Shown here: positions 56,413-64,000 of the stretch, piece after piece
Numbering within the stretch: position 1 is the first letter of the stretch
Layout of the letters: the number at the start of each line of letters is the position of its first letter
NCBI GenBank assembly: GCA_041641305.1
Contig: JBEPYN010000001.1
Location: forward strand, 32,001 to 96,000
Length of the DNA: 64,000 nt
Source: Nitrososphaerota archaeon
GTDB taxonomy: Archaea; Thermoproteota; Nitrososphaeria_A; Caldarchaeales; Caldarchaeaceae
Reading direction: 5' to 3'
Notes under the pieces: model-generated
The model's input: only the letters and a program-made list of their open reading frames with translations
What the model was told of the DNA's origin: nothing
The model's database searches: none
Position numbers and translations under genes: made by a program

Positions 56413-57813
56413 TTAAACCCCCCTCCTCAGCCTAGGGCTAACAACTGGCTCCAACCCCATGGAAAGCATGACAAACGTAAAAGAGAGAAGAGCTATCAAG
56501 GCCCCCGGTGGGAAAATCCACCACCAGAGACCAAGGTTGACTCCACCACTTCTGAAAGCATATTCAAGTATCTGCCCCCAGCTGGGCAGCGATGGGTCGC
56601 CGAGCCCGAGAAAGCTCAGCGCGGCTTCCGCTAGAATGGCTGAAGGGGTTGAGAAGATTAACTGAGCGATGATGAATGGAGCTATCTGTGGAAAGATGTA
56701 GCGGCGGAGGATCCGGCTTCGTGGAACACCGATTGATTCGGCTGACTCGACGAATTGCGCCGTCCTAGCCTGCATCACTATGTTTCGCACGATGACCGCT
56801 AGGCCAGACCATCCAAAGGCCACAAACACGACTATGATTATCCAGATGCTTGGCCTGAGGATGAAGGTGAAGAAGATGAGGAGAGGTAGGAGCGGTATGT
56901 TGTTTAGGATGTCGCATGTTCTTTGGATTATTGTGTCGGTTTTTCCACCAATGTATCCGCTTAACATGCCGAGAATTGTGCCAATAGCAGTTGTTAGGGA
57001 GGCCGTCAAGATGCCTATCAGCAGAGATACGGGGAACCCGAAGAGAAGGCCCGTGGCGAGGTCTCTACCTAGCCTATCCGTCCCCATGACGCCGTAAACC
57101 TTCCCCCCGAAAACCACCCTCAGCTCCGAGATTGTATCAGCTTCATCGGCCTTGTCCACCGTAACAGCCAGAGCATACTCACCAGAGAGAGGAACAAGCC
57201 TACCATTCACAAACTCTCCAAAAAGATACCGCTCCACCCCGGTTCTCACAACCTCGTCAGGACCCACCTCAAGCCCATACTCGTTGCGAAGAAACCTGCT
57301 TACAAACGAGCCTGCGTCAGGGTCTCCGCTGATAAAAACCCTCAAAGGCGTTTCATGATGCCGTCTATATGGCGGTTGCTCTCCTGGCAGAGGTCTCGAA
57401 ACCGATAACGCATAGAAGGTGACAACCTTTCCATCGGGCCTGATTAGCTCGAATAAAAGGAACGGTGGCCGCGAACTATATGTTATCTCTGAGACGGTGA
57501 TTGAGATGAAGCTGGGGAAGTCGTCGTAGCTGTAGCTGAAGCGTGTCAACGTGTATTCTGATGGGTTTTCGAGCCTGAAAACCATGTGCCGTGGCGGCGA
57601 AGCTGTGGCGAAGAAGGCTGTCCATTCGGGAGGAGCTTCTTTCGGGTTGTCCGCCCAGTAAGCGGGGTTGTTCCAAAACCTTGTTCCAAAGTCGAGCGGG
57701 TAGGAGACCAAAACATAGATCGAGAGAAAGAGATAGACGATGAGTAACGCTACCCCCACTTTCGACATCCTCGAGGACCAGAAAACCCCCCAAGACGACT
57801 GCGACATATTCAC
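56413..57813 (-). CDS. Oligopeptide ABC permease (OppC/DppC) with a large extracellular insert
   Basis: GTDRLGRD, FVESAESIG, EAALSFLGLG, SWG, WWW..PPG. Confidence 0.93.
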   Translation of the reverse strand: MNMSQSSWGVFWSSRMSKVGVALLIVYLFLSIYVLVSYPLDFGTRFWNNPAYWADNPKEAPPEWTAFFATASPPRHMVFRLENPSEYTLTRFSYSYDDFPSFISITVSEITYSSRPPFLLFELIRPDGKVVTFYALSVSRPLPGEQPPYRRHHETPLRVFISGDPDAGSFVSRFLRNEYGLEVGPDEVVRTGVERYLFGEFVNGRLVPLSGEYALAVTVDKADEADTISELRVVFGGKVYGVMGTDRLGRDLATGLLFGFPVSLLIGILTASLTTAIGTILGMLSGYIGGKTDTIIQRTCDILNNIPLLPLLIFFTFILRPSIWIIIVVFVAFGWSGLAVIVRNIVMQARTAQFVESAESIGVPRSRILRRYIFPQIAPFIIAQLIFSTPSAILAEAALSFLGLGDPSLPSWGQILEYAFRSGGVNLGLWWWIFPPGALIALLSFTFVMLSMGLEPVVSPRLRRGV

Positions 57814-57817
57814 CTCC

Positions 57818-58132
57818 TCAAACCTGAGAACCTGCTACATCGCGGTGTCGGCCGTGGAGCAAATATTCTGCTTCTGATAGGAAAGAGAGGAATTTTCTGA
57901 GGGTTTGATTAGCCGGGTTAAGGCTGTACTTGGGTGGAGTTGTCTGATGCCTGCTCACCCAACCTTGGCGGATCAGGTCATTCAGAATTTTTTGAACGCT
58001 GGGTAGAGAGAGGCCAGTCAGCTTGGCCAAAGCATATTTTGTAGCCGGCTTTTCATGTTCAGCAAGTGTCTTCACAACTCTGATGTGCTGGTAGGTTTTT
58101 AGAGCTTCTTCAAGGGGATGGTTTGGATGCAA
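57818..58132 (-). CDS. Winged-helix DNA-binding protein
   Basis: TKYALAKLTGLSLPSVQKILNDL..GWV...PPKYSLN; TTG 58132 after GGAGGT. Confidence 0.78.
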   Translation of the reverse strand: MHPNHPLEEALKTYQHIRVVKTLAEHEKPATKYALAKLTGLSLPSVQKILNDLIRQGWVSRHQTTPPKYSLNPANQTLRKFLSFLSEAEYLLHGRHRDVAGSQV

Positions 58133-58136
58133 CTTT

Positions 58137-59276
58137 CTACCTCCGGAGGGTTTGCTCGAGGAGTTTGGCAAGCCTATTTGCATCGACTCCGACAAGCCCT
58201 ATTCGTCCATCAACCCTTTCCACATAGCCTCTCTCAACGAGATAAGACAGGGCCTTGTCAAACCCCGAGGACGACAACCCATGAGTCTCACAGAAAACCG
58301 TGAACATCTCTTTCACCTCCCTAAGCTCAGCAGATGCCTTATCTCTCGCGAGAAGAGCCTTCGCAACCGATAAAAGAACGACCCTCGGCTTTTCAGGAAG
58401 CTCGGCGTATTCTGCTGCTTGAGACATGGCAACAGTCTCCGCCACCGCGTGTCTGACATCATCTATCCTTACAACGTCTCTACCATTTGTTTCTGCAAGG
58501 TTTCCCGCGTAGAGAAGCAGATCGAGTGCCAGCCGCACGTCTCCAATATATGGTGGCCTGGAAACGAAGTCAGCCACGTACTCGATGACGCTAAACGGAA
58601 CGGCTCCTCTTTGAAAAGCTTCTGCAACTCGGTCGGCTAGAATGTCGACTAGCTGCTCACGTGTGTATGGCTCAAGACGTAGAATATTGGCGCCTAGTGA
58701 GCTCATCTCAGCTCTATCAAGAAAACCGCCAAACCCACTTTCACGTGAAACAAACACCACACCCACAACGTTGAGAGGATGCATAGGCCAGACCTCGTGA
58801 AGTCTCGTGAAATCATAGACAACAGTCTCCCTTCCTCTGCTTATTGAAACATGGTAGTCGGCATCATCAAACGTTATGATTACGCGTTGGCCGCTCTCTT
58901 TTAGATGGTTAAGGAGGTTTTCTAAAAGCTCTTCAGCGGAGAGTGAGACGCTGTAAGCCTCTTCAGAGACTTTTTTGACGAGGTAACGGTATATGCTCAC
59001 CTTGCTCGCAGTGAATCTTCTCAAGTTAACGTAGATGTGTGTGAGTTTTCTATGCTTGCGCTGGAGCTCCTGACCAACCAACATGCATAGCGTTGTCTTC
59101 CCTGCTCCGACAGGCCCTATCACCTGGACACGGCTGTAAAAAACGTCGTCCCCTCTATACACACCTGCTTCAAGAAATGCTTTCAACAGGCCGTATTCTT
59201 TTTCGCGGTGCAAAAGCCTCTCTGGTAGATATGCTGGACTGAGCTTAGACCTGTCAGCGAAAACCGGCATCCGCAA
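58137..59276 (-). CDS. cdc6: Divergent Orc1/Cdc6-family AAA+ protein
   Basis: L...YLP..L.HRE, GPVGAGKT, YVN, TFDDAD, PYT.EQL.DIL..R, GDVR.ALDLL..AG. Confidence 0.85.
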   Translation of the reverse strand: MRMPVFADRSKLSPAYLPERLLHREKEYGLLKAFLEAGVYRGDDVFYSRVQVIGPVGAGKTTLCMLVGQELQRKHRKLTHIYVNLRRFTASKVSIYRYLVKKVSEEAYSVSLSAEELLENLLNHLKESGQRVIITFDDADYHVSISRGRETVVYDFTRLHEVWPMHPLNVVGVVFVSRESGFGGFLDRAEMSSLGANILRLEPYTREQLVDILADRVAEAFQRGAVPFSVIEYVADFVSRPPYIGDVRLALDLLLYAGNLAETNGRDVVRIDDVRHAVAETVAMSQAAEYAELPEKPRVVLLSVAKALLARDKASAELREVKEMFTVFCETHGLSSSGFDKALSYLVERGYVERVDGRIGLVGVDANRLAKLLEQTLRR

Positions 59277-59304
59277 TCGTTTTTGGAGCCTGTTTTTATA
59301 TGGT

Positions 59305-59571
59305 TTACCGTAACCCAGCGATTTTAAGGGCCTCGTCTCTGGAGAATGCTGTCAAGGTCTCTGTCGAGAGGTAGTCGGCGAACTGGAGGACAAACTTGAG
59401 GTAGGTCTCGGCGTCGGGAGCCTCTGCTATGAGGAGGCCGTCGTATTGGCCGAATGTCCACAGCATCTCACGTACTTTCACGGAGCGGTTTTCGCGTATT
59501 ATGCGGTCCGTTCGGTCGACATCTTCCTTCGTCAATTTCTTCTTGAACCGGACAAGGGTCACGAAGTGCAT
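59305..59571 (-). CDS. GYD-domain protein
   Basis: WTFGQYD....EAPD, TETL.AF. Confidence 0.82.
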   Translation of the reverse strand: MHFVTLVRFKKKLTKEDVDRTDRIIRENRSVKVREMLWTFGQYDGLLIAEAPDAETYLKFVLQFADYLSTETLTAFSRDEALKIAGLR

Positions 59572-59629
59572 GGGTTATAGTGTGAGAGGCCACACTTATG
59601 TTTTTAAGCCCTCAAAACATCCTAAAACC

Positions 59630-59896
59630 ATGCCCTACATCACACAGGAAGAGAGGAAGGAACTTGACCTGGAGATAGACCAACTGCTTGAGAAACTGCG
59701 CAAAGCGCCTTTGGAGAAGGTTGACGGCAGGCTCAACTACGTCATCTCACGTCTTCTCAACGGTGTCTACGCACCCAGTTACTTCAACTACAACAGAGCC
59801 CTTGGTGTCCTGTCAGCTGTATCGCACGAGTTTTACAGGAGAAAAGTGGCTCCATACGAAGATACTAAGATAAGGGAGAACGGCGACATCTACTAG
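59630..59896 (+). CDS. Small conserved protein (MPYI...G.LNY...EFYRR..APYED..I.ENGD family, DUF6899-like)
   Basis: Recognisable motif string; ATG 59630 follows TTTTTAAG TATA. Confidence 0.72.
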   Translation: MPYITQEERKELDLEIDQLLEKLRKAPLEKVDGRLNYVISRLLNGVYAPSYFNYNRALGVLSAVSHEFYRRKVAPYEDTKIRENGDIY

Positions 59897-60220
59897 TCAG
59901 GAAATAATACATCTTCTCCCGTCGTAATCCACATTATCCGCGAAGGCGATTATCCATCCTCTGTCCACGGCTTCTCCCTGTTCAGGACGCTGAAAACCTA
60001 CGAGGCCGTAGGCATCGGTTTTGAGGAGAAGCTCTTCGGCGACAAACTCCTCTTCGAGAACAAACCTGTTACCCTCTATGCGTCCGACGCCGATAAGCCA
60101 GCCCGGAGGGTCATCACCAAACTTCTTCCAATAGCTGATGCGAACAGCTTTCCCCGCGGTCTTCGCTCTTTCAGCAGCCTCGCCGGGCATCAATATTTTT
60201 TCGTAAATGTATGTCGGCAT
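59897..60220 (-). CDS. Hypothetical protein
   Basis: 107-aa ATG ORF that exactly fills the gap, with an upstream TTTTAAA element; no motif recognised. Confidence 0.65.
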   Translation of the reverse strand: MPTYIYEKILMPGEAAERAKTAGKAVRISYWKKFGDDPPGWLIGVGRIEGNRFVLEEEFVAEELLLKTDAYGLVGFQRPEQGEAVDRGWIIAFADNVDYDGRRCIIS

Positions 60221-60283
60221 TTTGGGCTCGATGCTTGACTCCCATTTTTAAAGATATTATAGGGGAGTGGGGCCAATCTTCTT

Positions 60284-61462
60284 ATGCATTTTGATGTGGT
60301 GGTTGTTGGCGGCGGTTCAACCGGGTCGAGCATAGCGTATTATCTCGCTTCCAAAGGTGCGGGGAAAATCGCTCTCGTGGATAGGAGTAGGGTTGGATGG
60401 GGGCAGACTGGTAGATCCACGGCCGTGGTCAGGCTACACTACAGCACCGAGCCCCTCATAAAAATGGCTCTCGAAAGCTGGAAAACTCTCCGCGACATGG
60501 AGAGGGCCGTGGGAGGGCCCTCGGGGTTCACAGAAGTAGGGTTTCTAATTTTTGTCGGCCCTGATGACTTGGAAGGGTTGAAGAGAAACGTTGAACTGCA
60601 GAAGAGGCTCGGTGTAAACACGCGTCTGCTAGAACCCGAGGAAGTGAAGGCGATTCTCCCCCAGACCGCAACTGATGATTTGGCGGCTGCCGCATATGAA
60701 CCACATTCGGGCTATGCAGACCCTGTTACTACGGCGCAGACCTACGCCTCAGCTGCGGTTCGGGAGGGGGCGGTTTTACTGGAGGAATGTGAAGTATTTG
60801 CTGTTAGGCGTGAGGGTCGGCGCCTGCGAGGCCTCGAGACCACTAGGGGATTGATAGAAGCCGATGTAGTTGTTAATGCTACGGGCGTTTGGTGCAACAG
60901 ATTCTTCGAGATGGTCGAGGTCGAGATGCCGGTTAAAGTCTACAAGGAAGAGATAGTGGTGTGGAGAAGGCCTCAGAGCTTCGCCGGCGACCATCCCGTT
61001 GTCGGAGACTTGCCTAACAACTATTACATGAGACCTGCTGGAGAGACCCAGACCTATATGGGGAGTATTAACCCAGACCTCTCCATTCCCGGAAGATATG
61101 CCACAGATTTTGATTTGGAGGAGCGTGTTGGAATAGAGACTGCGACGAGATACGGTGAAGCTGTGTCGAAGCGTTTCCCGGCGATGGCTGAAGCGGGTTT
61201 CGCGGGCGGATGGATTGGTCTATATGATGTCACACCCGACTGGCTCCCAGTTATCGGCTTCTCGCAAGAGGTGGAAAACCTCTTTAATGCAGTCGGGATG
61301 AGCGGACACGGCTTCAAACTCTGTCCAGCCATCGGCATACTCGCGTCAGACATAATCATGGGCAAGAAAACAAGCGTCATCGACCCCATGTTCCTCCACG
61401 AAAAACGCTTCTCCGAAAAACGATTGGCAACAAGCAGCTACCGATACGGCGTCATATCTTGA
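60284..61462 (+). CDS. FAD-dependent oxidoreductase (sarcosine oxidase beta/DAO family)
   Basis: VVGGGSTG, GQTGRS, GYADP, TPDW.PVIG, G.SGHGFK..PA.G. Confidence 0.92.
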   Translation: MHFDVVVVGGGSTGSSIAYYLASKGAGKIALVDRSRVGWGQTGRSTAVVRLHYSTEPLIKMALESWKTLRDMERAVGGPSGFTEVGFLIFVGPDDLEGLKRNVELQKRLGVNTRLLEPEEVKAILPQTATDDLAAAAYEPHSGYADPVTTAQTYASAAVREGAVLLEECEVFAVRREGRRLRGLETTRGLIEADVVVNATGVWCNRFFEMVEVEMPVKVYKEEIVVWRRPQSFAGDHPVVGDLPNNYYMRPAGETQTYMGSINPDLSIPGRYATDFDLEERVGIETATRYGEAVSKRFPAMAEAGFAGGWIGLYDVTPDWLPVIGFSQEVENLFNAVGMSGHGFKLCPAIGILASDIIMGKKTSVIDPMFLHEKRFSEKRLATSSYRYGVIS

Positions 61463-61468
61463 AATACA

Positions 61469-61477
61469 ATTTTTAAG
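61469..61477 (+). promoter_or_regulatory. Probable TATA box of tRNA-Thr
   Basis: ATTTTTAAG about 25-30 nt upstream of the tRNA 5' end. Confidence 0.5.
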
Positions 61478-61501
61478 AAACCAAAACGCAAAACCATCTA
61501 G

Positions 61502-61598
61502 GCCCTGGTAGCTCAGCCTGGTGGAGCGACCGCTTGGTAAGCGGTAGAGCCTCGCCTCAGAGGCGCCGATGTCCGGGGTTCAAAGCCCCGCCAGGGCT
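61502..61598 (+). tRNA. tRNA-Thr(GGT) with an intron at position 45/46
   Basis: Acceptor GCCCTGG/CCAGGGC, D-stem GCTC/GAGC, anticodon arm ACCGC-TTGGTAA-GCGGT, T-arm CGGGG-TTCAAAG-CCCCG; 23 extra nt in the variable region. Confidence 0.93.
61548..61570 (+). other. 23-nt tRNA intron at a non-canonical position (45/46)
   Basis: Central helix CGGT/GCCG, bulges AG^A and AT^G, inner helix GCCTC/GAGGC; removal restores the AGGTC variable loop. Confidence 0.88.
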
Positions 61599-62679
61599 AA
61601 AATCTAACAGGTATAAACCGTTTGTTCGCAGAAACCTTTCTTGAGGGAGGTTTCCCGACGATGTGAACCTTGTAGCCGCATCTTGGACACCTGTTGTCAT
61701 TTACAAGTCTCCAGTCGACGATGTCGAAACCATGCCTCTCGACAACCATTTCTCCACATCCGGGACAGTATGTGTTCTCAAGAGGGTGTCCGGGCACGTT
61801 TCCAACATAGACGTAGAGAAGCCCCTCCTCCTTTGCTACTTGGCAGTGTCTCTCAAGTGTTTCGACGGGTGTCCATGGGAGATGGAGGAGCTTGTAATCT
61901 GGGTGGAACCTTAGAAAATGTATAGGCGTCTCTGGGCCAAGGTTGTCATGTATCCATCTGCAGAGGCTGCGTGCGGCTTCGAGGTTGTCTCCTATCTCTG
62001 GAACGATGAGGTCTGTTATCTCAAGATGTATACGGGTTTTTCGCTTGATCTCTAGAAGGGTCTCGAAAATGGGCTCGGCGCTGGGTATACCTATAAATCT
62101 CTGGACAAAGCTTTGCTCACCGCTTCCCTTAAAGTCCACGGTTGCACAGTCGAGAAATTCCCCAGCCATCTTCACGGCATCGGGTGTCCAGTAACCGTTT
62201 GTTACGAAGATGTTTATCAAGCCTTTTCGCCTTGCGATGAGGCCGATGTAGTGGGCGTATTCCATGAATATTGATGGCTCGTTGTATGTGTAGGCTATGC
62301 CGTCGCTGCCATACCGGAGAGCAAGTTCTACAACCTCCTCCGGCGATGCCTCAACACCCTCAACCTTCCTACGCTGGCTTATGTCAAAGTTTTGACAATA
62401 GGCGCAGAGCCAGTTGCAGCCGGTTGTCGCGATGCTGAAAATCTTGGTGCCGGGCATGTAATGGGTTACAGGCTTCTTCTCAATCGGGTCAACATGTCCC
62501 GTTATTACACGGCCATAAACGAGTAGCCGGAGCTGGCCATCGAAAACACCTCGGACACCGCAAAGCCCAATCTGCCCCTCCTTCAGCTTACAGTAGCGGG
62601 CACAGGCTGTGCACTCTATTCTACCGTCTGGCAGGGGCCGCGCCAGCTCCGCTACTTTACCCAGACTTTTTATCTCCAC
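61597..62679 (-). CDS. amrS: AmmeMemoRadiSam system radical SAM enzyme
   Basis: C..CARYC, DPIEKKP, GCNWLCAYCQN (CxxxCxxC), YTYNEP, RFHPDY, YVGNVPG. Confidence 0.93.
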   Translation of the reverse strand: MEIKSLGKVAELARPLPDGRIECTACARYCKLKEGQIGLCGVRGVFDGQLRLLVYGRVITGHVDPIEKKPVTHYMPGTKIFSIATTGCNWLCAYCQNFDISQRRKVEGVEASPEEVVELALRYGSDGIAYTYNEPSIFMEYAHYIGLIARRKGLINIFVTNGYWTPDAVKMAGEFLDCATVDFKGSGEQSFVQRFIGIPSAEPIFETLLEIKRKTRIHLEITDLIVPEIGDNLEAARSLCRWIHDNLGPETPIHFLRFHPDYKLLHLPWTPVETLERHCQVAKEEGLLYVYVGNVPGHPLENTYCPGCGEMVVERHGFDIVDWRLVNDNRCPRCGYKVHIVGKPPSRKVSANKRFIPVRF

Positions 62680-62715
62680 TCCATCAGTAAATTTGTCGTG
62701 GCGTGTTATAAGCTC

Positions 62716-63159
62716 TCACTTACCCAAAGGAATGTAGGGCTTTGTGTTAAAAAGCCTGTTATGCTCCTTCATCATGCACCTGTTCCAGACTACTGTGATG
62801 CCCTTGGATTTGAGGAGCTCGGCCGCCTCCTTGTTGTATATCCCTTCCTGCATCCAGAAAACCTTCGGCAATATTTTCGCAGCTGACTGGGCGACTTCGT
62901 AAACAGCCTCGCTTGGACGGAAAACATCAACTACATCGACTGGCTTCGGAATTTCCTCGAGGGTTTTGTAAACTTTTTGTCCGAGTATTTCGTCGGCAAA
63001 TGGGTTTACTGGAATAACTTCGTAACCGTGCCTCATCAGGAAACGGGGAACATAGTGGGCTGGCTTTGTTGGCTCGCGGGATGCTCCGACAACCGCGACG
63101 ACACGGTACTTCTGAAGTATCTCACGTATTTGTTCATCAGTTAAACCATCAGGCTCCAT
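62716..63159 (-). CDS. CoA-binding domain protein (YccU-like)
   Basis: AVVGAS..P.K, IPVNP, VDVFR, WMQEG, RCM; ATG 63159. Confidence 0.9.
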   Translation of the reverse strand: MEPDGLTDEQIREILQKYRVVAVVGASREPTKPAHYVPRFLMRHGYEVIPVNPFADEILGQKVYKTLEEIPKPVDVVDVFRPSEAVYEVAQSAAKILPKVFWMQEGIYNKEAAELLKSKGITVVWNRCMMKEHNRLFNTKPYIPLGK

Positions 63160-63243
63160 GGCAAATAATGGTAGAAGAGAACAAATAAGCTTTAGGTTGC
63201 CTCGAGGAAAAACGTATTTTACCATGTAGAGTATTAGGTTGCC

Positions 63244-64000
63244 GTGAAGGCTGAGCTTTTAGAGCGTCTGGTCCACATCTCTGACACGCATATTTCACGG
63301 TTTGGGATGTTTCTGCCCGAAAGGCTTGACTCATGCATAAGGATAGTGAACAGCCTCGACCCTCCTCCACAATTCATCATCCACAGCGGGGACTTGACTG
63401 ACTACGGAATACTGATGGACTATGAAATGGCTGTGGAGAAGATGGATGAGTTTGAGCCAGACATAGTATATGTCCCGGGAAACCATGACGAGAGAAACTA
63501 CGGCGACTCGCTTTTCCGCGAAATGGTTTCCCAAGTCGATTTCTTGAACAGCTTCGGCAAAATAGTTGTCCTTACGCTTGGGAGCGCCATACCCGACAGC
63601 GACAACGGACGGCTGGGAAGATGGAGGCAGCAGCTGATAAAACAGAAGATGCAAGGCTTCGGCGACGACATTCTGAAAATCGTGGCGTTTCATCACCATC
63701 TCATACCGATTCCATACGCCGGCCGCGAAAAGGACATACTCGAAGACGCGGGAGACGTTCTCCGAATAATACTCGAATCAGGTGTCAACATGGTTTTGAT
63801 GGGTCACCGTCACGTGCGGAACGCGATAAAGGTTGGCGAGACACTGCTTGTAAACGCGGGAACCGTCTCCTGCGTAAGAACAAGGGGCAGACTAGGCAAC
63901 AGCTTCAACATCATCGACCTCTACTCAGACGGTTCAGTCGAAGTCTCTGAGGTGGGCTTGCCGTCAGGCGAAGCACGAAGCATCGGCAGATTTGCGGTAA
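63244..64000 (+). CDS. Calcineurin-like metallophosphoesterase (CpdA/Icc-like); truncated by the window end
   Basis: Not in ORF track because there is no stop. HISDTH, SGDLT, PGNHD, FHHH, MGHRH motifs in the frame from GTG 63244. Confidence 0.9.
   Translation, partial: MKAELLERLVHISDTHISRFGMFLPERLDSCIRIVNSLDPPPQFIIHSGDLTDYGILMDYEMAVEKMDEFEPDIVYVPGNHDERNYGDSLFREMVSQVDFLNSFGKIVVLTLGSAIPDSDNGRLGRWRQQLIKQKMQGFGDDILKIVAFHHHLIPIPYAGREKDILEDAGDVLRIILESGVNMVLMGHRHVRNAIKVGETLLVNAGTVSCVRTRGRLGNSFNIIDLYSDGSVEVSEVGLPSGEARSIGRFAV

Noticed and set aside
45736-61501. tRNA-bounded accessory region as an integrated mobile element
   Set aside because: No integrase or transposase and no duplicated tRNA 3' end (att site) was seen
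1-64000. CRISPR arrays, rRNA genes, selenocysteine or pyrrolysine recoding
   Set aside because: The window is nearly fully coding; no spaced repeats, rRNA-like tracts or in-frame stop read-through candidates were seen

Overview
Archaeal (TACK) chromosomal DNA. Gene content and order fit an Aigarchaeota/Caldarchaeum-like thermophile, which is an inference. Bases 1-45.7 kb are mostly core informational genes: rearranged ribosomal superoperons, aIF2-gamma, aIF5B, RpoE, KEOPS, RNase P, Sec/Tat, mevalonate-pathway genes and GluRS, preceded by a molybdenum-hydroxylase/dihydropyrimidinase locus. Bases 45.7-61.5 kb lie between tRNA-Ser(GGA) and tRNA-Thr(GGT) and are more accessory: a dispersed Opp/Dpp-type ABC system with several membrane-anchored surface proteins, a frameshifted VOC pseudogene, and a divergent Cdc6 with a wHTH partner. 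Three splicing elements can be read directly from the sequence: a 14-nt bulge-helix-bulge pre-mRNA intron splitting the catalytic Asp codon of cbf5, a 23-nt intron at non-canonical position 45/46 of tRNA-Thr(GGT), and a 159-aa mini-intein in the P-loop of aIF5B. No CRISPR array, rRNA, integrase or transposase was seen. All family assignments come from motif recognition, not database searches.
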